DNA from: Candidatus Eiseniibacteriota bacterium | GTDB taxonomy: Bacteria > Eisenbacteria > RBG-16-71-46 | NCBI GenBank assembly: GCA_016178725.1 | Contig: JACOSV010000084.1 | Coordinates: forward strand, 55,205 to 119,204 | Direction: 5' to 3' | DNA length: 64,000 nt | Translations under genes and position numbers: made by a program | The notes under the pieces: generated by a model | The model's input: the letters and a program-made list of their open reading frames with translations, nothing else | The model's database searches: none | Told to the model about the DNA's origin: nothing | Part shown: positions 22,456-32,318 of the stretch, piece after piece | Position numbering within the stretch: the stretch's first letter is position 1 | Layout: the number at the start of each line of letters is the position of its first letter

Positions 22456-24473
22456 ACGCGACGCGCTTCCAGGTGGGGCAGCGGCTGCGGCACCCGCAAT
22501 TCGGCGAGGGGCTGGTGGTCGAGGTGCACACCGCGCGCGGACGTGAAGTGCTCGAGGTCGTGTTCAACGGCCAGTTGCGCCGGCTCTCGGCGCTACGCGA
22601 TTGGGATCTGGTGGACGGCGCAGCCGCGTCGCCGATCGTTCCGCCCGCGCCGGCCGAGACTCCGGGCGCGGCGCCGACCCCGCGATCGGCGCGCGCGCGC
22701 GGCGACGGAAACGGCGCTGCGGTCGAGGCGCCGAGCCGCGTCTGGCATCCGCAGGGCGACGCGCTGCTGCGGCGCTGGCGCGAGGGCGTCACCGCGCCGG
22801 TCGCGCACTTCGATCTGCGCGCGGCGGCCGAGAAGTGGGCGGGCTGGGCCGAGCCCGACCGGCTGGTCTCGCTCGATTCGCTGCGCGGCGTCGAGCGCTT
22901 CCCGCACCAGCTCCGCGCCTGCCTGCGGGCGATGGGGCCGCTCAACGGGCGGGCGATCCTCGCCGACGAGGTCGGACTCGGCAAGACGATCGAGGCCGGC
23001 ATCGTGCTCAAGGAGTACCTGCTGCGCGGCGCGGTGCGCACCGTGCTGGTGCTCGTGCCCGCCTCGTTGTGCGAACAGTGGCGCGCCGAGCTGTGGGAGA
23101 AGTTCGAGCTCGATTTCGTCGTGTCGCGCGGACCGGCCGGCCAGTGGGGACGCCATCCGCTCGTGATCTCGTCGCTCGAGACCGCGCGCCACGAGCGGCA
23201 CCGCCGCCGCGTGCGCGGCGCCAACTACGATCTCGTCGTGGTGGACGAGGCGCACCGCCTGCGCAATCACCTGACGCTGGGCTGGAAGTTCATCAACGAC
23301 CTCAATCCGCGCTACCTGCTGCTGCTGACGGCGACGCCGGTGCAGAACGACCTGCGCGAGCTCTACAACCTCTCGACCCTGGTGCGGCCGGGGACCGTCG
23401 GGACCTATTCGCAGTTCCGCCGCGACTTCCTGAGCGGCCACGACAAGCGCGCGCCGCGCAACGCGCCCAAGCTGCGCGCGCTCCTTCAGGCGGTGATGAT
23501 CCGCGCGCGACGCAGCGACACGAACATCACCTTCGCGCCGCGCCGCGTCGAGACGCTGTGGGTGGCGCAGACGGCGGCCGAGCGCCGGCTCTATCAGGAC
23601 GTGAGCGACTTCGTCGCCGAGTCGGTGCACGCGGACGAGGGCGCGCCCGGCCGCCGCCACTACTTCACGCTGGTCGTGCTGCAGAAGGAGATGGGCTCGT
23701 CGTGGGCGGCGGCGCGCTCGACGCTCGAGAAGCTGAGCCGCAATCCCGACGGCCTCGACGCGCGCCGGATGAAGGCGCTCGCCGCGCGCGCCGCCGAGGT
23801 CGGCGAGCACCAGAGCAAGGTGCGCTCGCTGCTCAAGCGCATCGCCTCGCTCGGGGGTGAGAAGTGCATCGTCTTCACCCAGTTCCGCTCGACGCAGGAA
23901 TCGATCGTCACGGCGCTGCGCGAGATCGGGATCGAGCCGGCGGTGTTCCACGGCGAGCTCGGCTGGCGCGAGAAGGAGGAGGCGCTCGACACGTTCCGCA
24001 CGGTCGCGCCGGTGCTGGTGAGCACCGAGGCGGGCGGCGAGGGCCGCAACCTCCAGTTCTGTCGCATCGTCATCAACTACGATCTGCCGTGGAATCCGAT
24101 GCGCGTCGAGCAGCGCATCGGTCGCGTGCACCGGCTCGGGCAGGAGCATCCGGTGCGCGTCATCAACCTGGTCGCGCGCGGCACGATCGAGGCCTACGTG
24201 CTCGAGATCCTCGACCGCAAGATCCGCATGTTCGAGCTCGTGGTCGGCGAGATCGAGGAGATCCTCGGCGCATGGCAGCCGCATGGCTCGTTCGAGGACG
24301 AGGTGTTCCGGCGCTGGACCGAATCGTCGAATCCGCGCGTGCGCAAGCGCCGCTTCGCCGAGCTCGCGCAGCATCTCGTGTTCGCGCGCCGCCGTTATCA
24401 GGAGCAGAAGGACCGCCAGAATCTGCTGTTCCCGACGGTCGGCGCCGCGGGCGCCGAGAAGGAGGGCGCATGA
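22446..24473 (+). CDS. SNF2-family ATPase (YqhH/RapA-like) with N-terminal Tudor-like domain
   Basis: AGGAG SD + GTG; FQVGQRLRHPQFGEG; ADEVGLGKT, DEAH, TATP, GGEGRNLQ, PWNP..EQRIGRVHR. Confidence 0.92.
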   Translation: MELNATRFQVGQRLRHPQFGEGLVVEVHTARGREVLEVVFNGQLRRLSALRDWDLVDGAAASPIVPPAPAETPGAAPTPRSARARGDGNGAAVEAPSRVWHPQGDALLRRWREGVTAPVAHFDLRAAAEKWAGWAEPDRLVSLDSLRGVERFPHQLRACLRAMGPLNGRAILADEVGLGKTIEAGIVLKEYLLRGAVRTVLVLVPASLCEQWRAELWEKFELDFVVSRGPAGQWGRHPLVISSLETARHERHRRRVRGANYDLVVVDEAHRLRNHLTLGWKFINDLNPRYLLLLTATPVQNDLRELYNLSTLVRPGTVGTYSQFRRDFLSGHDKRAPRNAPKLRALLQAVMIRARRSDTNITFAPRRVETLWVAQTAAERRLYQDVSDFVAESVHADEGAPGRRHYFTLVVLQKEMGSSWAAARSTLEKLSRNPDGLDARRMKALAARAAEVGEHQSKVRSLLKRIASLGGEKCIVFTQFRSTQESIVTALREIGIEPAVFHGELGWREKEEALDTFRTVAPVLVSTEAGGEGRNLQFCRIVINYDLPWNPMRVEQRIGRVHRLGQEHPVRVINLVARGTIEAYVLEILDRKIRMFELVVGEIEEILGAWQPHGSFEDEVFRRWTESSNPRVRKRRFAELAQHLVFARRRYQEQKDRQNLLFPTVGAAGAEKEGA

Positions 24474-25735
24474 GCCTCGCGGACGATCCCGATCGCGCGC
24501 CGGATTCCGGCGCGACGGTGATGGAGCGGCGCGCTCCGGCGGGCCTAGGCGGGGGCGCGGGCAACGGCGCGGGTGCCGTCCCGTCACGCACGGGCAAGCG
24601 CCGCGCGGCGCGGCGCGGGTCGCGGCGCCCGGCGCGCAAGGCGCGTCCCTTCGCCGCATCCGCGCATGCGACCGGCATCCCGGCGGGCGAAGCGCTGCCC
24701 GACTCGGCGCCGTGGCGCGACTTCATCGGCCGCTGGCTCACCGCCGCGGGCTGCGCGGTGAGCAACGCGGCGCGCGGCGACTGGGAGGTCGCGCTCGCGC
24801 CCGCGCTCCAGAAGCGCTGGCGGCGCCAGCGCGTGCGCCTCGTTTTCGATCCCGCGCGTCCGACGCTGCCGCGGGGCGCGTGGTTCACGGCGCCCGGGAG
24901 CGGCGGCGGTCGCAAGATCCTCGAGGCCGCGGCCGAGGAGCCGCTCGTCGCGCGCCGCACGGCGCTGGTCCAGGTGCCGGGCGCTCCGGCGGACGGGATC
25001 GCGTCGGTGTGCCGCGTGCGGGGGCTCGCGTGGGGACCGCCGCGCCTCGGACCGGTGCGCTACGAACGGCGCGTCGCGTTCCACTGCGTCGTGACGCTGT
25101 GGGGCGGACTGCCCGCACAGGAATCGTGGGTGCTGCTGGTCGGCCCCGACGGCGAGCGCCTCGAGTGGGAACGCGGCGACGAGCTGCCCGGCGTCCGGTC
25201 GCGCGAGGGACTCTATCAGATCAGCGATCCGCTCGCGCCCGAAGCGTGCGACCGGCTCGCCACGCGCGCACGCGAACATCTCGACGGCGTGCTCGCCGAG
25301 CGCGAGCAGGAATGGGAGCACTCGGTCGGACGCCTGCGGGAGGACGAGCTTTCGCGGCTCGCCCACTTCTTCTCGGCGCGCATCGAGGAGGAGGAGGAAC
25401 GCTCGCGCCGGCGCACGACCGGCGGCGAGGAGTCCGAAATGGAGGGGGGCGACGCGACGTCGCTCAAGCTCGAGTGGGAACGCCGCGCCGCCGAGGTCCG
25501 GCATCGCTGGGCGCTGCGGACCGAGGTGCGTCTGTGGGGTCTCGAGGAGTGGTCGTGGCCGATCGCCGACATCGAGCAGGAACTTCGGGCAGGCGCCGTG
25601 CGTCTCAAGCTCGAGAGCCGGGTGGACGTGGCGCGCGGGCGGCCCGCGCTGCCCGCCTGTCCGGGATGCGGCAGCCCGGCCGAGATGCTGGTGCGGGCGC
25701 GAGGGGCGGTCGCATGCGTCCGGTGCGCGCCTTGA
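24470..25735 (+). CDS. YqhG-like partner protein with C-terminal CxxC...CxxC
   Basis: ATGA overlap with helicase; acidic helix LREDELSRLAHFF resembles YqhG; CPGC..CVRC zinc ribbon. Confidence 0.65.
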   Translation: MSLADDPDRAPDSGATVMERRAPAGLGGGAGNGAGAVPSRTGKRRAARRGSRRPARKARPFAASAHATGIPAGEALPDSAPWRDFIGRWLTAAGCAVSNAARGDWEVALAPALQKRWRRQRVRLVFDPARPTLPRGAWFTAPGSGGGRKILEAAAEEPLVARRTALVQVPGAPADGIASVCRVRGLAWGPPRLGPVRYERRVAFHCVVTLWGGLPAQESWVLLVGPDGERLEWERGDELPGVRSREGLYQISDPLAPEACDRLATRAREHLDGVLAEREQEWEHSVGRLREDELSRLAHFFSARIEEEEERSRRRTTGGEESEMEGGDATSLKLEWERRAAEVRHRWALRTEVRLWGLEEWSWPIADIEQELRAGAVRLKLESRVDVARGRPALPACPGCGSPAEMLVRARGAVACVRCAP

Positions 25736-25828
25736 CGGAGCGGGTTCGAGCGGCTAAGGTCCCTCGTCCGCCGTCGCCCGGGTGTCCCGCACGGCACTCG
25801 AGCCGAACGCTTTAACTGGAGGAATGCC

Positions 25829-26509
25829 TTGCCGTTAACAACGCAGCACTCGACCCGCATCGAGCAGCCCGGCGCCGAGATCATGGTCCCGCTCCAGCGC
25901 TTCTGGGAGCGCCAGGGCAAGATCGCGATCGGCGTCCTCGGCGTGGTCGCGGTGCTGATCGCCGCCGGCATCATGATCCTCCGCCAGCAGGCGAAGGCCG
26001 AGGAGGCCGCCGCCGGCAAGCTCGCCGAGGCCAGCCTCTTCTACTGGCAGGGCGACTTCCAGCGTTCGCTCCAGGTGGCGCGCGAGACGGCGCAGCAGTA
26101 CGGCTCGACGCCGAGCGGCATCGACGCGCACCGGCAGGCCGGGGACGCCGCGTTCTTCACCGGCGACTTCAAGACCGCGATCGCCGAGTACCGGCGCTAC
26201 CTCGACCGCAACAAGCAGGGGATGCTGGCCGACGCCGCCGGCCGCAGCCTCGCCTACGCGCTCGAGAGCGCGCACGAGTTCGCCGACGCCGAGAAGCAGT
26301 ACCTCGCGCTGGTCGGACACTTCGACCGCAGCAGCTCGGCCGAGTTCCTGCTCGCGGCGGCGCGCTGCGAGCGCGGCCAGAATCAGCCCGCCCGTGCGAT
26401 CCCGCATCTGCAGCGGCTGATCGACGAGTTCGGCGACACCGACTACGCGCAGCCGGCGCGCATCCAGCTCGCCGAGCTGCAGGCTGCGGGAACCGGCGCC
26501 GCGCACTAG
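25829..26509 (+). CDS. Membrane-anchored TPR protein (YfgM-like)
   Basis: GGAGG SD + TTG; single N-terminal TM helix followed by TPR helices. Confidence 0.8.
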   Translation: MPLTTQHSTRIEQPGAEIMVPLQRFWERQGKIAIGVLGVVAVLIAAGIMILRQQAKAEEAAAGKLAEASLFYWQGDFQRSLQVARETAQQYGSTPSGIDAHRQAGDAAFFTGDFKTAIAEYRRYLDRNKQGMLADAAGRSLAYALESAHEFADAEKQYLALVGHFDRSSSAEFLLAAARCERGQNQPARAIPHLQRLIDEFGDTDYAQPARIQLAELQAAGTGAAH

Positions 26510-26530
26510 CCGCCGCGAGGGGAGGAGCCG

Positions 26531-28675
26531 ATGAGCGAGCCGCTCGCTCCGGTCGATCTCGTCCTCCTCTGGCATCACCATCAGCCCGACTACCGCGATC
26601 CCGCGGACGGGCGATCGGTCCTGCCGTGGACCCGGCTCCACGCGACCAAGGACTACCTCGACATGGCGTGGCACGTCGCCCGCCATCCGGGGCTCCGCGT
26701 CACGTTCAATCTCGTGCCGTCGCTGATCGACCAGCTCGAGGCGGTCGCGGCCGGCGCGCCCGATCGCCTGTTCGATCTCATCGCGCGTCCCGTGGCGTCG
26801 CTCGCCGCGGACGAGCGCGCGACGATCGCGAGGCGCTGCGCGCAGGCGCCGCCGCACGCGTTCGACCGCTGGCCGTCGTACCGGCGCCTGCGCGATCGCG
26901 CGGCGAAGGGCGCGCCGACCGACGCGGAGCTGCGGGCACTCGAGGTGTGGTTCCTGCTCGCCTGGATCGATCCCGTGTGGCTCAACCGCCCCGAGGGGGT
27001 CGTGGCGCTCGCGGCCGTCCGCGCGGCCGGGGACGGCGATCCGGCGTGGACCGATGACCACCGCGACGGATTGCTCGCGCTGCACCGCCGGCTGGTGGCC
27101 GAGGTGTTGCCCGCCTATCGTGCGCTCGCCGAATCGGGAAGGGTCGAGATCGCGACCTCGCCCTACGATCATCCGATTCTGCCGCTCCTCGTCGACAACG
27201 CGATCGCGCGCCGCGCGCGGCCCGACCTCGCGCTCCCCGCACAGCGCTTCGCGGCGCCCGAGGACGCGCAATGGCAGGTGACGCTCGCGCTCGATCGCCA
27301 CGCGTCGGCGTTCGGCCGCCGGCCGGCCGGCATGTGGCCCTCCGAAGGCAGCGTGAGTCCCGAAGTCGTCGCGATCGCCGCCGCCTGCGGCGTGCGTTGG
27401 ATCGCGAGCGACGAGGGCGTGCTGTGGGCGTCGCTGCCCGAAGCGGAGCGAAGGCGCGCGGCGCTCTATCGCCCGTGGCGCGCCGGAGCGGAGGGCGCCG
27501 AGGCGACGATCTTCTTCCGCGACCACGAGCTCTCGGATCGGATCGGCTTCGTCTACGCGCGCTGGGACCCGCGCGACGCGGCGGCGGACTTCGTCGCACG
27601 CGTGCGCGCGATCGGGCGCGAGCACGCCGGTGCGCATCCGCCCGTCGTCACGGTGATCCTGGACGGCGAGAACTGCTGGGAGCAGTACGCCGACGACGGC
27701 GGTCCGTTCCTCACCGCGCTCTACGACGCGCTCGCCGCGGCGCCGGACATCCGGACCCGAACGCCGTCGCAGGTGCTGGACGAGCAGCCCGCCCTGGGGC
27801 GCCTCGAGGATCTCCACTCGGGATCGTGGATCGACGCCGACTTCCACATCTGGATCGGCCATCCGGAGAAGAACCGCGCGTGGGACCTGCTCGCGCGCAC
27901 ACGGCGCGCGCTGCTCGAGTCGGGCGCGACGCACGAGCGCGCGCCCGACGCATGGGCGGCGCTCCGCCGCGCCGAGGGCTCGGACTGGTTCTGGTGGCTG
28001 GGCGACGATCATCCGAGCGATGACCGCGCGGTCTTCGACCGCCTGTTTCGCGATCTGTTGCGCGCGGCGCACGCGCGCGCCGGCCTCGAGCCGCCGGTCG
28101 CGCTCGACCTCGCGATCGCGCGCGGCGACGCCGCGGGCCCGGCGCATCAGACGCCGATCGGACTCATCCATCCGCGCCTCGACGGTCGCTCGAGCGGCTT
28201 CTACGAGTGGTATGCGGCGGGCCGCTACGCGTTCGCGGCGGGAGGGGGCGCCATGCACCGCGAGGCCGGCGCGCTGCGTTCGCTCCACTACGGTTTCGAT
28301 CTCGAGCGCCTCTGCCTGCGGCTCGACTTCGTGGCCGACGCGCCGCCCGGCGCGTCGGTGGATCTGTCGCTCGAGATCGCCGAGCCGCGCGCCGCGCGCA
28401 TCGTCGTGCGCGGGCTCGTCGCGGGCGAGCGCGCCGTGACGTGGGCGGAGGGGGCGCGGGCGGGCGAAGCCGTGACGGGCGCCGCGTGCCGCATCGCCGA
28501 CGTGCTCGAGATCGCCGTTCCGTTCGCGACGCTCGGTCTCGCGTCGCGCGAGGTCGTGCGCATGCTGGTGCGGATCGCGCGGGAGGGACGGATCGTGGAG
28601 ATCTATCCGGGCGACGACGGCCTCGCGTTCACCGTGCCCGGCGCGGACTTCGACGCCACGATGTGGAGCGCGTGA
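26531..28675 (+). CDS. Glycoside hydrolase family 57 (amylopullulanase-like)
   Basis: LWHHHQP, SPYDHPILP, WPSEG, ILDGENCWE, AEGSDWFWW. Confidence 0.95.
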   Translation: MSEPLAPVDLVLLWHHHQPDYRDPADGRSVLPWTRLHATKDYLDMAWHVARHPGLRVTFNLVPSLIDQLEAVAAGAPDRLFDLIARPVASLAADERATIARRCAQAPPHAFDRWPSYRRLRDRAAKGAPTDAELRALEVWFLLAWIDPVWLNRPEGVVALAAVRAAGDGDPAWTDDHRDGLLALHRRLVAEVLPAYRALAESGRVEIATSPYDHPILPLLVDNAIARRARPDLALPAQRFAAPEDAQWQVTLALDRHASAFGRRPAGMWPSEGSVSPEVVAIAAACGVRWIASDEGVLWASLPEAERRRAALYRPWRAGAEGAEATIFFRDHELSDRIGFVYARWDPRDAAADFVARVRAIGREHAGAHPPVVTVILDGENCWEQYADDGGPFLTALYDALAAAPDIRTRTPSQVLDEQPALGRLEDLHSGSWIDADFHIWIGHPEKNRAWDLLARTRRALLESGATHERAPDAWAALRRAEGSDWFWWLGDDHPSDDRAVFDRLFRDLLRAAHARAGLEPPVALDLAIARGDAAGPAHQTPIGLIHPRLDGRSSGFYEWYAAGRYAFAAGGGAMHREAGALRSLHYGFDLERLCLRLDFVADAPPGASVDLSLEIAEPRAARIVVRGLVAGERAVTWAEGARAGEAVTGAACRIADVLEIAVPFATLGLASREVVRMLVRIAREGRIVEIYPGDDGLAFTVPGADFDATMWSA

Positions 28676-28711
28676 CGGCGCCGTCCCCGCGGCGCGCCCG
28701 AGCGCGCGGTG

Positions 28712-29608
28712 TCAGATCGCGAGGTCGAGCTGCTCCGGCTCGGCCTCGGGGTCGATCAGCGGCGCCGCGATCATTCGCGCCGGGTGCGCGCGCTTGAGCT
28801 CCGCGAGCCGCGCCATGATCGCGTCGCGATCCGCCCCGGGCAGGTAGGCCCGGTCCGAGTAGAGCGTGCGGTAGCGATCGAGTTCATCGGGCCAGTCGCG
28901 CGCGAGATGCGCGAGGAAGTGCTCACGCGTTCCCGGGCGCAGGTGGAGGAGCTCGGTCCAGATGGAGACCGCACCCGCCGCGCGCGCGGCACGCACGACG
29001 GCCGCCATGGATTCCGGCGCGTCGGAGATCCCCGGCAGGATCGGCGCCATCGCGACGCCGGCACGGATCCCGCCCTGGCGCAGGACGCGTAGTGCGCGCA
29101 GGCGCTGGACCGGCGGCGCGGTCGCGGGTTCGGTCGTGCGCCACACGTCGCGGTCGAGCGTCGGAACGGAGAACGAGACGGAGACCTCGACGCGGCGCGC
29201 GGCTTCCTGCAGCACGTCGAGGTCACGGACCACCAGCGGCCCGCGCGTGATGATGCTGAACGGCGTCCGGTGGGCGGCGAGCGTTCGGATCACGGCGCGC
29301 GTCAGCTGGAAGCGACCCTCGGCCGGCTGGTAGGGGTCGGTCGCGGCGCCGATCACCACGTGTTCGCGGTTCCAGCCCGGACGCTCGAGCTCGCGGGCGA
29401 GCACCCCGGCGATGTTGATCTTGACCCGGACGGACGACCCGTAGCGGTCGTCGGACGGACGATCGGCGCGGTGCTCGAAGGCGCGCACGTAGCAGAACGT
29501 GCAGCGGTGCGCGCAGCCCATGTACGGGTTGATCGACCAGTCGAACATCATCCCGCGAACCCGATTGAGCGCCGTGCGGCAGGGCTCGATGCGATAGCTC
29601 GTGCGCAT
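28712..29608 (-). CDS. Radical SAM protein, SplB/Rv2578c-like DNA repair family
   Basis: NPYMGCAHRCTFCY (CxxxCxxC), TDPYQPAE, APILPGISD. Confidence 0.92.
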   Translation of the reverse strand: MRTSYRIEPCRTALNRVRGMMFDWSINPYMGCAHRCTFCYVRAFEHRADRPSDDRYGSSVRVKINIAGVLARELERPGWNREHVVIGAATDPYQPAEGRFQLTRAVIRTLAAHRTPFSIITRGPLVVRDLDVLQEAARRVEVSVSFSVPTLDRDVWRTTEPATAPPVQRLRALRVLRQGGIRAGVAMAPILPGISDAPESMAAVVRAARAAGAVSIWTELLHLRPGTREHFLAHLARDWPDELDRYRTLYSDRAYLPGADRDAIMARLAELKRAHPARMIAAPLIDPEAEPEQLDLAI

Positions 29609-29693
29609 GGGAGCCACCATAGCGGGATGGGTCGCTATGGCACAAGTGTGCAGTTCAGGCGTTTGCGCCGGGTGCGGCTTCCACGAGATGGGC

Positions 29694-29721
29694 GTGTCGC
29701 ATAATCAGTATTATGTAAACC
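29694..29721 (+). other. dif: dif site (XerC/XerD chromosome dimer resolution site)
   Basis: GTGTCGCATAA-TCAGTA-TTATGTAAACC fits the 11-6-11 layout of E. coli dif (GGTGCGCATAA-TGTATA-TTATGTTAAAT); AT-rich, intergenic, next to the gene-strand switch. Confidence 0.88.
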
Positions 29722-29802
29722 TAAAGACGTGGAACGCCGCGGCCCGCGGGACATCTCGCGATGTGGAGTCTCGGGTTTCTCCCCCGGACCGACGCGCCCG
29801 GA

Positions 29803-32262
29803 TCAGCGCCCCGCCACCACCAGATTGAGGAGCTTGTCCGGGACGAAGATGGTCTTCCGGACCTCGGCCCCGTCGAGGTGCCGGAGCACGCGCTCGTCGG
29901 CCATGGCCGCCGTCCGGGCGGCCTCCTGATCGGTCCCGCGCGGCAGCGACAGCGTCGCCCGGAGCTTGCCGTTGACCTGGACCGCCAGGGTCACGGTCTC
30001 GTCCTCGACCCAGGCCGGATCCCAGGCCGGCCACGGCTCGTAGGCCAGCGTGTCCCGGTGGCCGAGGCGATTCCACAGCTCTTCCCCGATGTGCGGCGCG
30101 AACGGCGCGAGGAGCAGCACGAACGGCTCGATCATCGCCCGCGGCCGGCGCTCGAGCGGCGTCATCTCGTTCACGAACACCATGAGCTGGGCGATCGCGG
30201 TGTTGAACCGCAGCGCTTCGAGGTCCTCGGTGACCTTGCGGATCGTCCGGTGCAGCAGCCGTGCCTGCCCGTCCGTCGGCGGCTCGGACGTGAGCGCACG
30301 GCTCGCGGCGCCGTCCTCGTCGATCGCCATCCGCCACACGCGGTCGAGGAAACGCGTGCAGCCCTCGACCCCGTGCGTGCTCCACGGCTTCATCGCTTCG
30401 AGCGGCCCCATGAACATCTCGTAGAGCCGCACCGCGTCGGCGCCGAAGCGGTCCATCGTGTCGTCGGGGTTCACGATGTTGCCGACCGACTTCGACATCT
30501 TCTGCCCGTCCTCGCCCAGCACCGTGCCCTGATGGATCAGCTTCATGAACGGCTCGGGCGTGTGGACGACGCCGATGTCGAACAGCACCTTGTGCCAGAA
30601 GCGCGCGTAGAGCAGGTGCAGCACGCTATGCTCGGCGCCGCCCATGTAGAGGTCGACCGGCATCCAGTAGCGCTCCTTCTCCGCCGCGACCGGCTGGTCG
30701 GGATTCGCGGGATCGAGGAAGCGCAGGTAGTACCAGCACGAGCCCGCCCACTGCGGCATCGTGTTGGTCTCGCGGCGCGCTGGCCTTCCCGTCGCGGGAT
30801 CCGTGGTCTCGACCCAGTCGGTCAGCCGCGCGAGCGGGCTTTCGGGCTTCTCGCCCGTCGCCATCGGCTTGAACTGATCGGTCTCGGGCAGCCGCACCGG
30901 CAGCATCTGCTCGGGGATCGCGCGCGCGTCGCCCTCGACCCACACGATCGGGAGCGGCTCGCCCCAGTAGCGCTGCCGCGAGAACAGCCAGTCGCGCAGC
31001 TTGTAGTGAACGGTGCGCCGGCCATGGCCCTGCTGCTCGAGCCACACCGTGATCTTCTCGATCGCCGGCCCGGCCTCGAGCCCGTCGATCGAGAACCGGC
31101 CGTCGGGCGTGGTCGAATGCACCGCGACGCCGCGATCGGGATCCACGTAGGCCTCGCGCGCGATGTCCCCTCCCGCCACGACCTCGCGGATCGGCAGGTC
31201 GAAGGCGCGCGCGAATTCCCAGTCGCGCTGGTCGTGCCCCGGCACGGCCATGATCGCGCCGGTGCCGTAGCCCATCAGCACGTAGTCGGCGATCCACACC
31301 GGCAGCCGCTCGCCGTTCACGGGATTGATGACGTGTCCGCCGGTGAATACGCCGGTCTTCTCGCGCGTCGCGTCCTGACGCTGCATGTCGCTCTTCCGCG
31401 CCGTCGCCTCGCGATACGCCTCGACCGCGGCGCGCTGTGCGGGCGCGGTGAGCGCGTCGGCGAGCGGATGCTCGGGTGCCAACACCATGTAGGTGGCGCC
31501 GAACAGTGTGTCCGGGCGCGTGGTGAAGATGCGCAGCGCCCCCGGCGCGCCGTCGAGCGCGAAGTCCACCTCGGCGCCGATCGAGCGGCCGATCCAGTTC
31601 CTCTGCATCTCGCGCGTGCTGGCCGGCCAGTCCACGAGCTCGAGGTCGTCGAGCAGCCGGTCGGCGTACGCCGTGATCTTGAGCACCCACTGGCGCATCG
31701 GCCGGCGGACGACGTCGAAGCCGCCGATCTCGCTCTTTCCGTCGATGATCTCCTCGTTCGCGAGCACGGTGCCGAGCGCCGGGCACCAGTTGACCGGCAC
31801 CTCGGCGACGTACGCGAGCCCGCGCTCGAACAGCTTGAGGAAGATCCACTGCGTCCAGCGGTAGTAGTCCGGAGCGGTGGTATTGATCTCGCGCGACCAG
31901 TCGTACGAGAGGCCGGCGCGCTTCATCTGGCGGCGGAACGTGGCGATGTTCTCGGCCGTCGTCACCGCCGGATGGATGCCGGTCTTGACCGCGTACTGCT
32001 CGGCGGGCAGGCCGAATGCGTCCCAGCCCATCGGGTGCAGGACGTTGAACCCGCGCATGCGCTTGAAGCGCGAGAGGATGTCGGTCGCGGTGTAGTTCTC
32101 GAGGTGGCCGACGTGGAGTCCCGCGCCCGAGGGGTACGGGAACATGTCGAGGCAGTAGAACTTGGGCCGCGACGAGTCCTCGCGCGCACGGAAGGTTTCG
32201 TGCGCCTCCCAGTACGCCTGCCAGCGCTTCTCGACGTCGGAGAATGGATAACGATGGGCCAT
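29803..32262 (-). CDS. leuS: Leucine--tRNA ligase
   Basis: MFPYPSG.GLHVGH (HIGH), [13 protein letters not shown] editing domain, KMSKS. Confidence 0.99.
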   Translation of the reverse strand: MAHRYPFSDVEKRWQAYWEAHETFRAREDSSRPKFYCLDMFPYPSGAGLHVGHLENYTATDILSRFKRMRGFNVLHPMGWDAFGLPAEQYAVKTGIHPAVTTAENIATFRRQMKRAGLSYDWSREINTTAPDYYRWTQWIFLKLFERGLAYVAEVPVNWCPALGTVLANEEIIDGKSEIGGFDVVRRPMRQWVLKITAYADRLLDDLELVDWPASTREMQRNWIGRSIGAEVDFALDGAPGALRIFTTRPDTLFGATYMVLAPEHPLADALTAPAQRAAVEAYREATARKSDMQRQDATREKTGVFTGGHVINPVNGERLPVWIADYVLMGYGTGAIMAVPGHDQRDWEFARAFDLPIREVVAGGDIAREAYVDPDRGVAVHSTTPDGRFSIDGLEAGPAIEKITVWLEQQGHGRRTVHYKLRDWLFSRQRYWGEPLPIVWVEGDARAIPEQMLPVRLPETDQFKPMATGEKPESPLARLTDWVETTDPATGRPARRETNTMPQWAGSCWYYLRFLDPANPDQPVAAEKERYWMPVDLYMGGAEHSVLHLLYARFWHKVLFDIGVVHTPEPFMKLIHQGTVLGEDGQKMSKSVGNIVNPDDTMDRFGADAVRLYEMFMGPLEAMKPWSTHGVEGCTRFLDRVWRMAIDEDGAASRALTSEPPTDGQARLLHRTIRKVTEDLEALRFNTAIAQLMVFVNEMTPLERRPRAMIEPFVLLLAPFAPHIGEELWNRLGHRDTLAYEPWPAWDPAWVEDETVTLAVQVNGKLRATLSLPRGTDQEAARTAAMADERVLRHLDGAEVRKTIFVPDKLLNLVVAGR

Positions 32263-32318
32263 GGGCGGGTCTCGTGCGTGTGGATGCGGGACCGGCGCAG
32301 GATAGCGGCTCGCGGCGA

